A DNA stretch of 63,382 nt, counting the filler, from Octopus bimaculoides (Eukaryota), in the NCBI RefSeq assembly GCF_001194135.2. It is 7 parts of 7 records of this genome, joined end to end, with 100 filler letters (N's around TTAATTAATTAA, not from the genome) between each part and the next. Parts side by side here need not be neighbours in the genome. Positions count along the whole stretch, not along the records: positions 27,081 to 43,314 come from NC_068981.1; positions 43,415 to 53,653 come from NC_068990.1; 5 more parts are not named here. One strand, 5' to 3'. Numbering within the stretch: position 1 is the first letter of the stretch; every line of letters starts with the position of its first letter. The position numbers and the translations under genes were made by a program. Shown here piece by piece: positions 37,387 through 50,220 of the stretch. Under the pieces are notes generated by a model, which was not told where the DNA came from, made no database searches, and saw nothing but the letters and a program-made list of their open reading frames with translations.

Positions 37387-40300
37387 TTGTATAGTTCATA
37401 TATATGAATATGCATATATATGATAAATTCACACATATTTTTTAGATACTCTTACAGGTCTGTACGCTTATACAGACACATACCAAAACGCGCCATCTAT
37501 TTCCCTGTTTCTATGCATCCTACATTTACTCTCACATTCACGCATTCCTGCAGACATATGCATCTGATGTCGATATAACGTTTTTTGTTCTGTGTATGCG
37601 CGCTTCCATAAAGCTTTAAAATATAAGTAAAATATAAACGTTTAATTAAACCATACACATATAGTAAGCAATTCTCTCCTCCGATCCTTCAACATCCTTG
37701 ATAGACAGAGCTGATAAATTATCGATATATCCTGAAATCGATAAAAAATATTATTACCGATGACAACTTAAATATTCGCTTCAGCATCTAACTTTTTTTG
37801 GTGGGGAGTAACAAAGGGAAGTAAAACAACACGATGATTAGAAATGTATATAAAAAAAATCACTTTCTGATCAAAAGAAAGTTCCGATCGATAATATATG
37901 GTAGAAAGCAAAATCGATATCCATTAAATTTCTTATAGAAATGTTCTGGTTTTGAGAGAAGGGAAGTAGACAGCATTATATTGAGAATTGATTGGGTTAT
38001 TTTTTTTACGTATGCGCCATGGCAAAGATCAATAATAATTCATGGAAATATGGAGACATATGGCATCATTATTAACTTGCATCATTGTAAACAAAAACCG
38101 AGCGAGAATTGTTGGAGTGAAACGTAAACCAAAGGCTAACTGAATTTACAACCTGATTTTCATTAACAGTTAAAGGTAGTTTACTTTACTTAAGTTGTTC
38201 GAATATTGCGGTGGCACTCTTCTATAATATTAGCACAATGCATTACGTTGTAACATTACATTTCCCATATCATATCACTTTTCCGTTATATCCAATCGCC
38301 TCTACCCTTCACTGTTACATAGAATATTGTAACATCTTAAGTGTCGCATGTACCTTTTCCACTTATATCAGCATGCAACGCGACCCAAATATAACTGGGG
38401 TGGAGTATAAACGTAGTTAATTTAATCTACCCTAGTACATAACTGCTACAACGACTCTAGATCAGTGAAAAATAAATTTAATCCCAATAGAATGAAAGGC
38501 AAAATCGACTTCAGAAGACAGTCACTCCAACCCTACCGAGCCTCCTACTCGATTTCCCGGTCAAAATAAACCAGTATTCAACGAGGAAGCACGATAGGCT
38601 TAAACGATTCATATTTGAATGAAACTGGTGTGTATGTTAATGTGTAAGAATTACACATGTGAAAACAAAGGAAAAGTTTGAGTGGAATACAAGTTAGAGA
38701 TCTGATGGCATAGAACAAAACCAACACCAATATGCAAAAGGCTTCCAATAAGATAATTTATATTAAAACACCGCCTTTCTGCGAATGGCATTCGAGATAT
38801 CAATGTAATAGAAAAGGGTAGTTTATCCCGAGGTCTAGTTTGGTAAGAATACTTAATTACTAAAGCCGAGAAATCTGTTGATCTACTGACTAAAGGGGAA
38901 CGTCTACGATTTGAACTTGGAACTGAACATCTCTGTTCGCAGCGAATTCAATCTTAGAGTTAAGGTGTTATAATATAACATTATTAATGATTTACCTTTT
39001 CAATTAGAAGAAATACTTCGTATCTGTATATTTATACAATTTTTATTTTGCTATACAGCAAGTACACGATGTGATGGTGAAAGCATTTCACAGAAGCCGA
39101 TTCCGAAAAAGGGAATAAACGGGAGTGAAAAAAAATGACCCAGTAGTTGATTGATGCATTGATTCTGAAGAGATGAAAGGCAAAAATCGGTCGTGGAAGG
39201 ACTTGAACTGAGAGCCAAGCATTTTATTAAATACTCTGCCAACTCTACCAATTTCTCGCCTTGTGTTCAAACTGGCACAATCAATTCATTTCAAGTGTTC
39301 CAGGACACACAGCATGCTACAACATTCACCTCTTTGCTCACTTTCTAATTTTACTGTCTGCTATGAAGAGTCATAGTTTCATTCCATTTCCACGGCTGAA
39401 AAATGTTTTCTTACAATGGTATAAGACGCAAAGAGAGTCGGGTATGTAGCCAATATAATCTCCTATAGTACTCGTTTAGTACTTATCTTATTGACTCTAG
39501 ACGAAAGGCAAATTCATCGCAATAGGATGAAAGACAAGATGAGCCGCACAAGACAGTCCATCCAACACCGTACTGATTTTCTTATTCCACTTCCTCATAG
39601 AATAAAAATTAGGGAAATTAATTGAAATAGTGCATCTGGGTGCATATAGAATTATAATAATAGCAGGTAAATATTACGCTGAAAATCTTTATTGTATAAA
39701 AAAGTTGAAGGCTGGCGTGGAGAGAGGAGGCTGGTATGCATGGGCAACTGCTGGCCTTTCTCAAACAACATTTCCTGGACTTCTACCTCGGAGGGTAACT
39801 TTCTAGGTGCAATCTCATGGTCATTTATGACCGAAGGTGGGGGTCTAAGAACTTTGAAATACACTATTCCTAAAAAGAAAAAAGATTTAACAATTTCTAA
39901 AAAATTTATGAATTATTGAAATTATATTCGAATGCAGTATTTTATATATTTGTGCCATTGTATTGGATTATTTAGAAATAAACTGAGGAAAATGATGATA
40001 AAAATTTTATTCTGAAAGGAAAATATTTCAAAAATTAAAATATTTTCAGAAGAGCCGATCAATGTCTTCCATAATTTAATTTCGATCTTCAGTGTCCAGA
40101 ACATCTACCATTTTAATTTAGTTTCCATCACTCGGAGATTGATACACATATTTACCGTCGACAGAATACGTATGGTCCTCTTCTTCAACCGAAACAGTTA
40201 GCGTTGTGTTTAATTAAAAGAAATAATTTACAACAGGATGTAGCTTTAGATGTGTCTCAATGCCACTGTTTTGCGTTCTACTCCATTATTACATGGATAA

Positions 40301-43300
40301 TTTTTTAAAAGGGGCCATTCAGTTGGTTCAAACGGCTGCTGCTGAACTCGATTACTTACAACTTCTATAGGTAAATTACAGTTATGAGCTTGAGACTATC
40401 GTATGACGTGTGATAAATTTATTGAATTATTACTAGCAACTAATCTTTTCGGATCGAAGAATAGTGTAATATTCTGTGAGTACCAATACCATTGTGAAAG
40501 TGTTTACTATTATTATATAGACAATATTTAAAGAAAAAGACCAATAAACTAACCTACCATAATTTAGCAAAACAGGTAATTCAACCATGTAGTAGCTTTG
40601 CTACAATTTGATTCTTCAAGAGAGTGACTCACTTAATTTGTTAACGCAAATATATTTACATTTTACATAAAGTTACAAAGAACTCGAAATTTGTTGACAG
40701 TTACAGACAGGAACAAATAAATATCAGACCGTATTCTAAATTTACAGTAATTTCTCGGAGATGGCTTTCAAGGTAAGAAGAATTTAAGAAGAAAATTTTC
40801 CTTCTAAAGTGAAGTAGAATGAAAAGAAAATTAGAAGCGCGGTTCTATAGCAATTCTGCTAGCGTCTAGGATTAAAAGATGGCAAATATTATAGTGATGA
40901 TTGTAAAATTAAGCTAATGATCACAACTACTTGCAAGGCTTATCCTAACAACTGATGTCAATTTACTGAAAGAAAACAAACCATGTTTTAAATTGATCAG
41001 CATCTGAAAAAAAATCTTCATTAGGTTTCACGTTTCAAGAACAGGAGGATGTGAAGTAATTTGTGTATCAATTAGTCAACTTGTAATTCATGCCGCAAGT
41101 AATTGCTGTAAGACAATTTTTTAAAGTTTTCTCTGTTAATGAAAGAACAAGAAAATGCTAATAGCAAAGCGAACGCAAACTAAAACATCGTTGTTATTTT
41201 AATTTTCTGTTGACCAAAAATGAAAACTCTTTAAATCATCCCAAGTTAATCGATTTTTTTAATGTTTCTTCTCAAGCGCTGATGTGAATATGAAAAATTA
41301 GGCAAATATTTTCAAGATCTTTTTCATTTCATTTCATCTCGCTCTAGAAAATATTAAGTTACAGTTTGTTAATCCTAAACCAACAATTCCACTTTTGTTA
41401 ATCACAGTTATGATTTTAAACAGAGGTATAATGAAAGTGTATATGTTTGTATGAGTATGTGTGCATGTACATATTTGTGTAATTATATGTAAGTTCGTGT
41501 GTGTGTAAATCTGTGCCTAATTGCGAACGAAGAAGGGATAGTTATAACGAAGATAGTTTCGAATTACATGGGAATATTTGATAGAACGAATACTAAGGCT
41601 GTTTACTTCCCTCTTTAATAGTCAATTTGTGTTACTACAATCAACATCTTACTGCGATCAGACCTAGAGAACGGTGGGCTTCTCTAGGTCTAAAATGGCC
41701 GAACTTGCCTATGCCACAATAGACGAGAATCCAAAGCAAGGCAAAATTTTAAAATAAGCAGCTTCAGCAACATTTAACAACGAGATGAACTCTGCTATAT
41801 CCAAAGTATTAATATTGCTTATAAATACATAGAATGATAATTTGAACACTTTTACAGGTAATGTTTTCGTTAACTGAACTAGTTGAGTGATGAAATGTGT
41901 GGTTTTGGAAGACCGTAGCAAGTTACAAGAAATAAAAGATTTCGAAAATCCTACATATGGGAAGCGTTGGAGATTTTGTTTCAGGTGAAATCTGAGACAC
42001 GAGATAAAATCTCCGACTTAATATAGATCTCAGGTGGGCAGCAAATGCAGGCAGTAACAGAGGATAGAATGCCTTAATGCTACATTTATGGAAACACTAA
42101 TCATCTCAAATCACTTCGCTTTCTGCCCTCAACAACAATAGAAAATGACAGCTGATAGAAGGCCTCCACTACGGCCAGCATCACAATTTCATGTCCAACA
42201 ATAGCAGTGACCACATCACAAATGAGCACAGCAATTTCAACAACAACGACCAACTGCATCAATATTATTGCAATTCCAGCTACAAGATTGCAAGCAACAA
42301 GAATAGAAACAACAGTAACAAAACCAATAAAAGAGCTACCGATCTCAAGAGCCAGCATATCACCATCAACAGCAACAACTGAAAGCTAACTCCGCCCTAA
42401 AAACAACAATAAACCCAAAAGGCAACGGCTTCTCATTAATATATATCCCTCCCACTTGCGGCCACTCAGATAAGTAGTGAGGTGATGAGGCTAAATGGCA
42501 AAAAATTACCAAAGCAAAGAGAAGAAAAAGAATCAAAAACACAGCGACACAAAAAATGGGTAGATACAACAAATGGAGGTAAATGCTTTGGATGAAAGAT
42601 GCACCAGTAATACCCCCAGCGACAGCTTCACCATTATCCTCAGTACCATCACACACAGGAGCTACATCACATTATAATAGCATATACGCATTTCTTAATC
42701 TGGTGGAAGGTACGTTACGAACACAGGGAAATGAAAACAAAAGATTTGAAGTGTAATAATTTACCATAAGTAACGGTGAACTGGCATAATCGTCAGTATC
42801 CCAGACTAAAGGCTGAGTAGACTTCTTCCGGCTTTACGTTCCGAGTTCAAATTTCAGCCACCTTTGCCTTTCATTCTTTCGAGATTGATAAAATAAAAAC
42901 CAGGTGAATATTGGTTTGGATTTAATAGTCACAGTAATATCCTGGTGAGTCACAAGGAGTAAGACAAAGAAATAAGTTAGGAACCACTTCCCTGGCGTTT
43001 TCTTTTTAAATTTACGGTTTTGTGCTTATATTACTGAGAAAAATAATTCACTGTGGACATTTTTAAATGCATACAACGAAGAGAGAAACCGAGTCGTAGG
43101 TTTGCATATTCTATGCTTTTTACTATATATATTATAAATATAGGCGCAGTCGTGACTGTGGAAAGAAGCTTGCTTCTCAGCCACATGGTTCTGGGTGCTA
43201 CTGCATGGCACCTTGGGCAAGTGTCTCCTACTATAGTTTCGGGCTGACCAAGGCTTTGTGAGTGAATTTGGTAGACGGAAGCTGAAAGAATCCCGTCATA

Positions 43301-43414
43301 TATATATATATATANNNNNNNNNNNNNNNNNNNNNNNNNNNNNNNNNNNNNNNNNNNNTTAATTAATTAANNNNNNNNNNNNNNNNNNNNNNNNNNNNNN
43401 NNNNNNNNNNNNNN

Positions 43415-43590
43415 CACAGAACTCCAGCAGTCTGGTTCCCTCCTCGTTGCGGGAACCGAAGCCATAGCCTCCATGTATGCCATGGAAGCCCCCAGCACGA
43501 CGTCCGACATGACCGTTGAAGTCTCCAGCCACAAAGAGAAGGTCCCTGTCACTCGTCGACGAGGTAGTTTGCAAGAGGGTGTCATAGAAT
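43415..43590 (-). mobile_element. RTE LINE endonuclease fragment
   Basis: LLFVAGDFNGHVG...GYGFGSRNEEGTRLLEFC carries the APE GDFN motif. Confidence 0.85.
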
Positions 43591-43787
43591 TGGTCTTTCA
43601 GACCATCTGGTAGCCAGCGAGTAGATAGGGCTCTTAATTGTAGATTTTAAATATTTGAGAGACAACAATGCATAAATCGTAATTTTTAAAAGAGCAATGA
43701 ATTCTGGGTGATTAGAATATAACGTAGCATGTTTATTTGGCAAAAAAAAAAAAAAAGATTTCCATCCCAAATACTATATATATATAT

Positions 43788-44432
43788 ATATGAAATTAAC
43801 ATAAACAGCAGTTTACAATGTTTCACCAGAACGGAGAATTATAAATGTCACTAAATCTGACTAGAGTATTAGGAAACACCTATATTGCTAGAAATAGAGC
43901 TAAATGCTCTAATCCTATAGTTAACACACATGAATGAAAACATATATACTAACAAGGACAATAATCATCCAAAAAGTGCTGATCAAGAATTCTTAAAACT
44001 GATACGTTAGTTTTGACAATTTCTGTCACCTCATCAGTTAAGATCGCTCAACCGTTCAGCTCTTTCCAGACTTGCTTCACCATTAGTATTTATGTTTTCA
44101 TCATTCAAATAATTGGATGATTTACCGATTCACTAATGTGTATATATAAAATTAATATAAACAGTAGTTTGCAATGATTCACAAAAAACGAGAATTATGA
44201 ATGTCACTAAATGTGAGTAGAGCGTTAGGAAACACCTACATTGCGAGAAACAAAAGCTAAATGCTCTAATTCTGTAGTTAATGCACATGAATGAAAACAT
44301 ATACACTAACAGGGACCATAATTGTTTGAAAAGTGCCAATTGAGGATTCTTAATACTGGCACGTCAGTTTCGGCAATTTCCGTTAATCATCCAAAAAGTG
44401 CCAATCAAGAATTCTTAATACTGACATGTCAA
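43788..44432. repeat. Diverged tandem duplication with a ~356-bp period plus a ~65-bp partial third unit
   Basis: AGGAAACACC occurs at 43871 and 44227. TCTTAA anchors occur at 43991, 44348 and 44413. The units are colinear over more than 200 bp. Confidence 0.85.
43991..44043 (-). ncRNA. Decayed type I hammerhead ribozyme-like motif at a tandem-repeat junction
   Basis: Minus strand reads TCTTAA-CTGATGA-GGT-GACA(GAAAT)TGTC-AAAA-CTAAC(GT)ATCAG-T-T-TTAAGA. Stem I is a perfect 6 bp, but G12 is mutated to A. The partial sister copy at 44348-44381 keeps GAAA and a better stem III. Confidence 0.45.
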
Positions 44433-44844
44433 ATAGACAGAGATACATACATACATACATATACATATATATATGTGTGTATGTGGGGGGGGGGTATCTG
44501 CATGTATGTATGTATATGTGTGTGTGCATGTGTACATATATATATATACACACAAACACACATATTTGTATATTTCACTCAGGTATTTTGATACTAATAA
44601 CCTAGTGTAGAACTTGATATACATATGCTTCTGAATGAAGCGTTAGCTGATTATAGAGCACTAATAAGAAAAGAGATGACAAAGGAATAAACAATTTGCC
44701 TAAGAACTACATTAGCTTACAGCCATTTCTGCTATAAGTTGCAGTGGACTCAGGCACTCAAATATGAGTCCACAGCATCTTATTGAAAAAACAGCTGTAA
44801 ACTAACGAAAGATAATTGTTCCTTTGTCATCACTATTCTGCTAT

Positions 44845-44888
<44 letters not shown>

Positions 44889-45288
44889 TAGATGCTTGGA
44901 CTCATGGAGGAAACTACAAGGGACTGAGAGTTGTGGTGATTTGCTGTTCTTGAGAAGAAATGTCAAGACAAGTAAAATCTCTGCCATCCATATATACAGA
45001 CTTGTTCTTTACAGGTTGCAGAGACATGTAAAATGCATACATGCCAGTGTGGAGTGCTGGTCTAGTTGCCAACAACTGACCAAGAAATGGATTCTGTGTT
45101 ACCAATAGCACTCATGAGAGACCTCAAAAGTGTATGTGTGTGTGTATATATATATGTATGTATGTATTTATGTATGTATGTATGTATCCCCACCTAAAAG
45201 TGGATATTCTGTTAGAATGAACAATGCTGTGGTAGTTATCAAGAGAGAAATTCTCTTGTTGACTTTCAGTTTAAAATGCATTCTTGTT

Positions 45289-45644
45289 TATATTGCCAGC
45301 AGGGAGATAAATCTCCAGCATTGCTAGTGCCAAGACCATCAGATCACATAAATTTAGCCTTCTTTGGTCTTGTCAATGGTGGATGCCCAAACTCTAGATA
45401 TAGCAGCATATATCTCTGCCAGCAATATATAGAGTCACAGTGCCAGCACAGGTACTGGTTTTGCAAATAGCCAGTGAACTTGTTAAAAAACAATGTGATT
45501 CTATATATCCCTGGTTAAGATACATCACTGCTATCTCTTGTGTCCAGGCATCGATCACTGACAAGACCAGGGAAGGCTGAAATCACACAATCTGCTGGTC
45601 TCAGTGCTAGTGGTGGTGGAGATTTATCTCCCCGCTGGTTATAT
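45289..45644. mobile_element. MITE/foldback element with long imperfect inverted arms
   Basis: CCAGCAGGGAGATAAATCTCCA (from 45296) and TGGAGATTTATCTCCCCGCTGG (to 45638) match at 21 of 22 positions as reverse complements. Imperfect complementarity continues about 100 bp inward, and TA dinucleotides flank both ends. Confidence 0.75.
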
Positions 45645-45802
45645 AGATAAGGGTGTGTTTTGCACCAAAAGCCAATATGTGAATTTCTCTTGTGATAACT
45701 ACTGCAGTATTGTTTGTTCTAACAGAACATCCACTTTAAGTGGGGATTACTTATTGTTTAGTATTAATACTACTTCTGTCACTAATAAATACATATAATA
45801 CA

Positions 45803-46010
45803 TACTCTTTTACTTGTTTCAGTCATTTGACTGTGGCCATGCTGGAGCACCACCTTTAGTTGAGCAAATCAACCTCAGGTCTTATTCTTTGGAAGCCTAG
45901 TACTTATTCTATTGTGCTCGTTTGCCGAACCGCTAAGTTACGGGGACGTAAACACACCAGCATCGGTTGTCAAGCTATGTTGGGGAGACAAACGCGGACA
46001 CACAAACATA
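45803..46010 (-). mobile_element. SINE family A 3' half. Further partial copies at about 16860-16945, 35190-35510, 43143-43300, 48555-48725, 53805-54008 and 56895-57040
   Basis: CTTTTACTTGTTTCAGTCATTTGACTGTGGCCATGCTGGAGCACC...CCGCTAAGTTACGGGGACGTAAACACACCAGCATCGG matches 9120-9290. Confidence 0.8.
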
Positions 46011-46019
46011 TACACATAC

Positions 46020-46062
<43 letters not shown>

Positions 46063-46362
46063 NNNNNNNNNNNNNNNNNNNNNNNNNNNNNNNNNNNNNN
46101 NNNNNNNNNNNNNNNNNNNNNNNNNNNNNNNNNNNNNNNNNNNNNNNNNNNNNNNNNNNNNNNNNNNNNNNNNNNNNNNNNNNNNNNNNNNNNNNNNNNN
46201 NNNNNNNNNNNNNNNNNNNNNNNNNNNNNNNNNNNNNNNNNNNNNNNNNNNNNNNNNNNNNNNNNNNNNNNNNNNNNNNNNNNNNNNNNNNNNNNNNNNN
46301 NNNNNNNNNNNNNNNNNNNNNNNNNNNNNNNNNNNNNNNNNNNNNNNNNNNNNNNNNNNNNN

Positions 46363-46411
<49 letters not shown>

Positions 46412-48719
46412 ATATATATGTATACATACTTACATACATATATATGTGGTGGGGGTGTATATACTGACTATACTACATCTACCTTGACACTCTCATCTCT
46501 CTACTATCATCTAATTTCAACCACTGTTTCTACCAGCACACTCTTGTTTCATTTTCTCACTCCTCCTGGTCCTCTTCTATTCAGTATCTTAGCTTCAGTT
46601 AATGAACACATAAAATGGAGAGGACTCTCTAATCTTAATGAGTGCAAAATAACCTTCCAATATTGGTGCCACCGAGGACACTCAAAAGTAGTTGTTACAT
46701 GAGCAGAGACATGGGGATGAATGATTTTTTTAATATAATGAAGAATATCACCTCACACATGCTGGTGTAATGATGAAATGCACTGAGTACAATCTAAAGT
46801 ACTGATGTCACATAAAAAGCATTGGTGATGGCGCCATGTTAAAAGCACTGGTGCTGGTACCATATAAAATGCAGTCAGTATACTCTGTAAAGTGGTTAGG
46901 AACATCCAGTTGTAGAAACCATACCAAAACAGCCAATGGAACCTGGTGTGGCCCCCTCACCTTACTAGCTCCTTTGAAGCCATCCCATCCATGCCAGCAT
47001 GAAAAACAGACATAAAATGATGATTATGATGATGATCCAGACATGGAAACCATGCCAAAAACGAAATATACAACTAGGATGTGATGCTCTGATGCATTAA
47101 TAGGAGCAATAGCTCCAAATACAAACTGATTTGGACCATGAAGGTCCAGCCAACACATGCAGACATAGAAAGCAGAAGTAATGAGAAAAATAATGATGAC
47201 GACAATGACAACTACAATAATGACTACGATGACAATGACAACAACATCAACAATGATGATAATGATGGTGATGATTCCTCTCTAGCACTGGCCAAGTACC
47301 AAAAGAAAAAAGAACAGTAAAGAAAGAGTAGACGTTAAATAATTTTTAAATCATTTAAAAAAGATGCTTCCATCAAAGATAAGACACCAAAATCACCGAT
47401 CAATAAGAATATGTATAATGAGGTTGATCTTGACATAAATTCTCACCTGAAGCTAATATTTATCCTGAAATATATGACAAACCAAGTGGGACACACATAA
47501 TTATTTGACTGGGGGATTTTAATAAGAATCAACTATGAATATCATTTAATATCATCTTTAATATCATTTTATTGAGTTTCACGTGACATAGTTACTAATG
47601 AAGCAGATGGTAATTAATAATATAATTATGTCCTAATGTTATAGTCAATTATAATTGGTGTTGCTTGGCACTAATGAAACAGTCAGATTCTGGGAATATT
47701 ACAAATGGTCTGACACCTATAAATAATGAAGTCAATTAGTGATGCTGTTGTCTGCTATGAATACAATTGAAAAACAGTTCATTACTAATGACTATTATTA
47801 ATGAGGTAGTCCATTTTTAATACTAGTCTTAGTGGTAACTAGATATCTGAGTTAAGAACTAATACTGTGAAGTAGATGATACCTTTATGATTTATAGCCG
47901 TAGTAATGCAAACTAATGTTCACCTAACTTGGTTTAGTGCAGACATTAAATTGTACAGAGAAGAACTGTAAACCAGTGTATCTAACTTGCTAGCTAGAAC
48001 TACTACATCAAAAACTAAAGTGCAACTGGCTGGGTATGTGAAACGTTGACAGCAAGAATTGCAGTACTGAGAAGCATTACGTTATATGTTATATGTTGCA
48101 TCTTTGTATGTTGTCATGTTAGTGAAAGTAAGAACTCTGTTTTTTAGTGTGCAGACTATACATATCTTAATGCGATATTTATAGAGTGTTGAAATGTTTA
48201 GGGTAAATAAAGTATATTACAAATGAAAATAACGAAAATTTTAAAATTTCTTTGAAAGGAGATTATGAAAAATAATGTAAGATATTTAAGACATGATTAG
48301 AGTCAGCTAAATGCAGAAATGAATACTGAAGAAATTTTCTATGGAAATGATAAATACATGAAATATGTATGACTGACTATATGTGTATGTGAGAATGTAT
48401 GAGTATAAGTGTGCATTTGTATGTATGCATATAAATATATATGTATGTGTGTGTGTGTTTGTGTATATATATCATATATATACACATACATAAATATTGG
48501 ATATATGGATCTATATATGTACATATGTATAAATATAAGTGAAAGAAGACTAAGTGCAGGCATGCTGGTGTGCTTAAGAAGCTTGCTATCCAAATATGTG
48601 ATTTCAGGTTCAGTCCAACTGCATGGCAACATGTGCAAGTACAAGTGTCTTCTATTATAGCTCTGAGCCAACTGAAACTATGTGAGTGGATTTGGCCAAC
48701 AGAAATAGACAGATACCCA

Positions 48720-48758
<39 letters not shown>

Positions 48759-49229
48759 CACACCCACACCCACACATATTTGAAATCATCATTTTAACAT
48801 CCATTTTCCATGCTTCCATGGGTGAAACAGAATTCTTTGAGACAGATTTTTATGGCTGAATGCCCATCTTGTTGCCAACTTTCACCTGTTTCTATGCAAA
48901 GTAATTTTTTCCTTATGGACAGGAACATTTTCACAGAAAACTGGAAATGAATAACCTCTCTTATATGATGGTAATACTCATTTGCAGCCACCTTTTGTTG
49001 TCAAGACAGGAGTATACACAAACACATATACATGCACATTTATAAATACATACACACACACATACACACACACATGCATACACATATATATATATGCAGT
49101 GGAATCAGATAAGGTTGCTTTCGTATGAGGCAAATACACAGGAACAGTAAGTACTAAGAGCACGAGGGACTTAAACTCTCTCAAATGCTCTCTTAGACAG
49201 TTTCTGCCATTTAGATGACCAAATTAGTA

Positions 49230-49800
49230 ACAATGGTGGATGCTCTGAAAGTATTGTTTCTAGAATAAGAATAGGGTGGAGAAAGTTCAGAAAACTACTG
49301 TCTCTGTTGGTAGCAAAAAGGACTCTCTCTCAGAGTGAAAGGTAGGTTGTATGATGCTTGTGTGAGAACAGTTGTATTACATGGTAGGCTGGAGAGGAAC
49401 GAAGGTAGTATGCTTCATTGGATTTGCAACATAAGTGTGCATGACATACTGTATTGAGAGAAAAGTTAGGCATAAGAAGGATTAAATATGGTATGCAGGA
49501 GAGGAGACTGCATTGGTTTGGACATGTGATGCATATGAGTTAAGGCAGCTGTATACAGAAGTGCCTGTTGCTGAAAGTGGATGGTACCTGTGAAAGAGGG
49601 AGACCCAGGAAGACACGGGATGAAGTGGTGAGGACTGATCTTAGGATGCTGGGGCTCACAGAGGAAATGACAGACCGAGACGTTTGGCAATATGAGGTCC
49701 TAGGGAAGACCTGTCCATGAAACTGAGTGCTAGAAAGGTTGTGTCCCACCCACATGTAACAACACACTTTCCACCCACTCTACCCTAAGAAATCAAGCTA
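49230..49800 (+). mobile_element. RTE LINE 3' fragment
   Basis: Same family as 25440-25990, in the opposite orientation (CTCTCTCTCAGAGTGAAAGGTAGGTTGTATGATGCTTGTGTG). Confidence 0.75.
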
Positions 49801-50171
49801 CAACTCATCTTCTAATTGCATCTTTCTCTTCTTCGCATTTTTTCCTCATACATTATGATTGTTTTCCAATCCCTTTTCTTGCCCATACTGCCACACTTAC
49901 TGTATCACTGCTCCCCACACACCCTTGCACCCACACCAACTCACTATTTTTCTAACCAGTTTCTACACTCATATTCTTGTTGCTAGTGAGTATACCGCCA
50001 CACCATTTCTCTTCTGCTCTGTCTTACACTTTTGCTGTTTTCTACTCTCTCTCTCTCTCTGTCCCTTTGGTCACTCTCTCTCTCCTCTTCTCTTGTTCTT
50101 CCTCTGACTAGGTAACCAAGTATCACCTTTACATCAGCACATTCGTTTCTGGCCTCTTTCTGTACCTCTCT

Positions 50172-50220
<49 letters not shown>

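Noticed and set aside
42101-42660. Hydrophobic or Thr/Asn-rich ORFs
   Set aside because: They arise from degenerate (CAA/CAG) low-complexity DNA with no splice support.
47850-47960. VDDTFMIY resembling an RT YxDD motif
   Set aside because: It is surrounded by stops, with no other RT motif found in register.
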